Positions 44,006-46,126 of a DNA stretch of 46,126 bases are shown one piece after another; position 1 is the stretch's first letter; the number at the start of each line of letters is the position of its first letter. A program made the position numbers and the translations under genes. This DNA comes from a virus (lineage: Duplodnaviria > Caudoviricetes): positions 1 through 46,126 of IMG/VR virus record IMGVR_UViG_3300022936_000192; one strand, written 5' to 3'. The notes under the pieces were generated by a model. It ran no database searches and was not told where the DNA came from. It saw only the letters and a list, made by a program, of their open reading frames with translations.

Positions 44006-44098
44006 ATGGACCCGCGCCTCGCCGGACTATCAATCGTTATAACCATCTGCTGGGTGTCAGTCGTCCTGACTGTCATGTGGCTGATGTACTCGCAATAG
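44006..44098 (+). CDS. 30-aa single-TM peptide (MDPRLAGLSIVITICWVSVVLTVMWLMYSQ)
   Basis: Read manually; AAGGAG RBS; TATACT -10-like box at 43978-43983. Confidence 0.55.
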   Translation: MDPRLAGLSIVITICWVSVVLTVMWLMYSQ

Positions 44099-44195
44099 GG
44101 CCGACTCTGTTCGGCTACCCCCCCCTCCGACCGTTCTGGTCACCCGTCGCAAACCTCCCTATCCAGTATTGACCCAATCCCTGTGCTCGATTTAA

Positions 44196-44211
44196 CTGTA
44201 CGCCCATACAG
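44196..44211 (+). promoter_or_regulatory. LexA (SOS) box overlapping a promoter
   Basis: CTGTACGCCCATACAG; TTGACC -35 at 44169-44174 with TTAACT 17 bp downstream. Confidence 0.85.
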
Positions 44212-44224
44212 TAGAGTCTTCGTC

Positions 44225-44569
44225 ATGGACGCCCCCGATCATCTTGAAATATCCCTCGACCAGTTGCTCAAACTCCGTGCGCCCGGAACGTACCTTGTGA
44301 AATGCGAGGGCGACAGCATGATTGGCGCGGGGATATTCAGCGGAGACCTGCTGATCGTCGATAAAGGACGGGAGGCGGTTACAGGATCGATCGTCATCGG
44401 CGTGATCAATCAGGAGCCGACAGTGAAATACCTGGCCCGGTCGTCGTGCGGCCAGATCATTCTCCGGTCCGGCAACAAGGCCTTCCCCGATCGCTACATT
44501 CTCGAGAGCGATGAATTCGAAGTGTGGGGCGTGGTCACTCATAGCATTCGGGATCATGACGGGGAGTAG
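44225..44569 (+). CDS. UmuD'-like (HumD-like) S24 family protein lacking the N-terminal pro-segment
   Basis: ISLDQLL..TYLVKCEGDSMIGAGIFSGDLLIVD..PTVK..VWGVVTHSI; starts after the SOS box; no umuC. Confidence 0.8.
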   Translation: MDAPDHLEISLDQLLKLRAPGTYLVKCEGDSMIGAGIFSGDLLIVDKGREAVTGSIVIGVINQEPTVKYLARSSCGQIILRSGNKAFPDRYILESDEFEVWGVVTHSIRDHDGE

Positions 44570-44573
44570 GTGC

Positions 44574-44813
44574 ATGGATGTCAAAGAGCGCGAGCTGAAG
44601 ATATGGAACGATCACCTCGACCATGAGGCGCGGCGGGAGTGCGCGACCGATCACTGGCATGGCGAACTGCTGGGTCATGCGAATGCGCTGGCAAGGCTGG
44701 GCGTAATAGATGAAGAGGAGTTGCGCGAGATGCTGGAGCTTGCCGATTCTGCCTTGGAGCATGTGAAAGCGGAGCTTGAAACTCAGGAGTGGCTGGCAGA
44801 GCGGAAGGGGTGA
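44574..44813 (+). CDS. Hypothetical protein, probably co-transcribed with the UmuD'-like gene
   Basis: GGAG/AGG RBS; LARLGVIDEEELREMLELADSA motif. Confidence 0.7.
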   Translation: MDVKERELKIWNDHLDHEARRECATDHWHGELLGHANALARLGVIDEEELREMLELADSALEHVKAELETQEWLAERKG

Positions 44814-44962
44814 TTGTGTTCGGTCGGCAGGACGCCGGGGAGGGTAAGTTCAGCTTTTGATTGGACAGACTGGCAATCGGTATAGGTCGAAAACAGGCGT
44901 ATCTGAGAGGGTTTGCTGAAAATTTGCTGAAGCAAGGTATATTACGCTGCCATGCCTATGAT

Positions 44963-45073
44963 TTAAAACAGGTTTTTGCGCCAGTAGTGCCGATCCATCA
45001 TCGGCGCAACAGAGAAGCGGCGGGACGGCTCGGGGCTGGTGGGGCGAAGGCTGTTGAGAGCTTCGGGCAACAT
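44963..45073 (-). pseudogene. dusA: Displaced 5' fragment of host dusA; att junction near 44990-45005
   Basis: Translates MLPEALNSLRPTSPEPSRRFSVAPMMD, then RHYWRKNLF-stop. FSVAPMMD is the conserved DusA N-terminal motif, normally followed by WTD. Confidence 0.85.
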
Positions 45074-45266
45074 GGTGTTCAACGTATCTTTACCAATTCA
45101 GGGCAGTGTCAGTCGGTGCTGATCACGGGGCGGAAAGGGTGGAGTTTACCAGAGAGAGGGCAGGCTCACCCGACACATCCCGAGTGGCCGCAGCCACCCA
45201 TCCTCGAGCTTGACCTCAACCTAACCCAAGGTCCGACACTGGCCGCTCTTTTTCAGGAGCAGGCCC

Positions 45267-45695
45267 ATGACCCAGACCAAGCCCAACCATCCAAACGGGT
45301 TCCAACTATCCAACCCTGAAGGCCTTTACGATCCCAGCCAAAACGGCTACTCCCACGTCGCTGAGCTACAGCCCCAGGCGCGGCTTTTATATATCGCCGG
45401 GCAGGGCGGTGAGGATCCGCAGGGCAAACTTTCTGTTGAGTTTGCCGAGCAGGCGCGGCAGGCGCTGGCCAATCTGGGGACGGCGTTGCGATCCAGAGGC
45501 GCGGGTTTTGCTGATGTGTTCAAGTTGACCTTGCTGATTGTCGGCCATGACGAAGCCAGGCTGCGTCTCTGGGTCGAGGCGCTGGATCAGGTGTGGGGTG
45601 GGGCGATGAAGCCGGTCTGTACCTTGATCCCGGTGCCATGCCTGGCGCTGAGCGGGATGCAGATTGAAATCGATGCGGTTGCCGCATTGTCATGA
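45267..45695 (+). CDS. RidA/YjgF/UK114 family protein (host)
   Basis: GYSHV..LYIAGQGG..QARQALANL..TLIPVPCLA..IEIDAVA. Confidence 0.9.
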   Translation: MTQTKPNHPNGFQLSNPEGLYDPSQNGYSHVAELQPQARLLYIAGQGGEDPQGKLSVEFAEQARQALANLGTALRSRGAGFADVFKLTLLIVGHDEARLRLWVEALDQVWGGAMKPVCTLIPVPCLALSGMQIEIDAVAALS

Positions 45696-45796
45696 CCTCA
45701 GGGCTGTATCCCGTGAATGGGCATGATCTGTGTCTGTCGGGGTATTTCCGAGGTTGATACTGTCCGGGTTCCCGATATTGGTATTGAGGCAAAAAG

Positions 45797-46126
45797 ATGG
45801 AGCTCACTGGCGTTGCATTTGGCACTACCGACTGGTCGAAAATCGAGCCAGAAATCCATCCCGGTGAAACAGGCAACGCCAATTGGCGAACTTGCCATTT
45901 CGGCACGACGCGGGTGCGAATGGTGGAGTACAGCGCTGGTTATCTGGCCGATCATTGGTGCTGGCGGGGCCACGTTCTGTTATGCCTGGAAGGTGAACTG
46001 CACACCGAGCTGGAGGATGGCCGAACCTTCGTTCTGACTCCCGGAATGAGTTATCAGGTGGGCAATGATATGGAAGGGCACCGGTCATCGACTGTGACGG
46101 GAGCGAAGTTGTTTGTTGTGGATTGA
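45797..46126 (+). CDS. DHCW-motif cupin fold protein (host)
   Basis: HPGETG..RVRMVEYSAGYLADHWCWRGHVLLCLEGEL. Confidence 0.9.
   Translation: MELTGVAFGTTDWSKIEPEIHPGETGNANWRTCHFGTTRVRMVEYSAGYLADHWCWRGHVLLCLEGELHTELEDGRTFVLTPGMSYQVGNDMEGHRSSTVTGAKLFVVD

Larger units (their letters stand above)
1..44995. mobile_element. Temperate lambdoid siphovirus-type prophage integrated in the 5' end of dusA (left att lies upstream of the window)
   Basis: Contiguous int-xis, early, immunity, replication, Q, head, tail and lysis modules. Ends at a disrupted dusA N-terminus; host metabolic genes follow. Confidence 0.93.

Noticed and set aside
44859-44870. GATTGGACAGAC (D-W-T-D), matching the residues that follow APMM in DusA
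   Set aside because: Wrong orientation relative to the dusA remnant and only 12 nt. Could be chance or an integrase arm site; cannot be supported without the other att.
44861-45319. 152-aa plus-strand ORF across the att junction
   Set aside because: Spans the phage/host boundary, antisense to the dusA remnant, and overlaps ridA; likely spurious.

Overview
Nearly the whole window (1 to about 44.99 kb) is an apparently intact temperate siphovirus-type prophage. The host is inferred to be Pseudomonas from gene families such as PrtN-like and DUF1654 and from codon style. The prophage sits in the 5' end of the tRNA-dihydrouridine synthase gene dusA: the displaced host N-terminus (...SRRFSVAPMMD) lies on the minus strand at 44963-45073, and the other att site is upstream of base 1, outside the window. 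Organisation is lambdoid. In order: tyrosine integrase and PrtN-like excisionase; a leftward early operon (SSB, Gp157, Rad52/Sak-like recombinase, many small ORFs); the cI/cro switch with a readable 14-bp operator at OL and OR; Rha; replication initiator plus DnaC-like loader; nin region; Q-like antiterminator with pR'; a spanin/holin-like trio; terminase, head and non-contractile tail genes; a GH19 endolysin; and an SOS-regulated UmuD'-like gene. Two host genes (RidA family, DHCW cupin) follow. The most noteworthy observations are: (1) a phage-encoded proteasome-beta/HslV-like Ntn hydrolase next to the terminase; (2) a second tail-assembly-chaperone paralogue flanking a secreted-protein moron, plus a clear -1 frameshift in the first copy; (3) a Zn-ribbon plus coiled-coil/TM cassette in the rexAB-equivalent position; (4) two copies of a 9-18-9 inverted-repeat motif 7.6 kb apart; (5) DUF4214-like repeats at the tape-measure C-terminus; (6) a highly structured boxA-containing PL leader. 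All family assignments are from motif recognition by eye, with no database searches.
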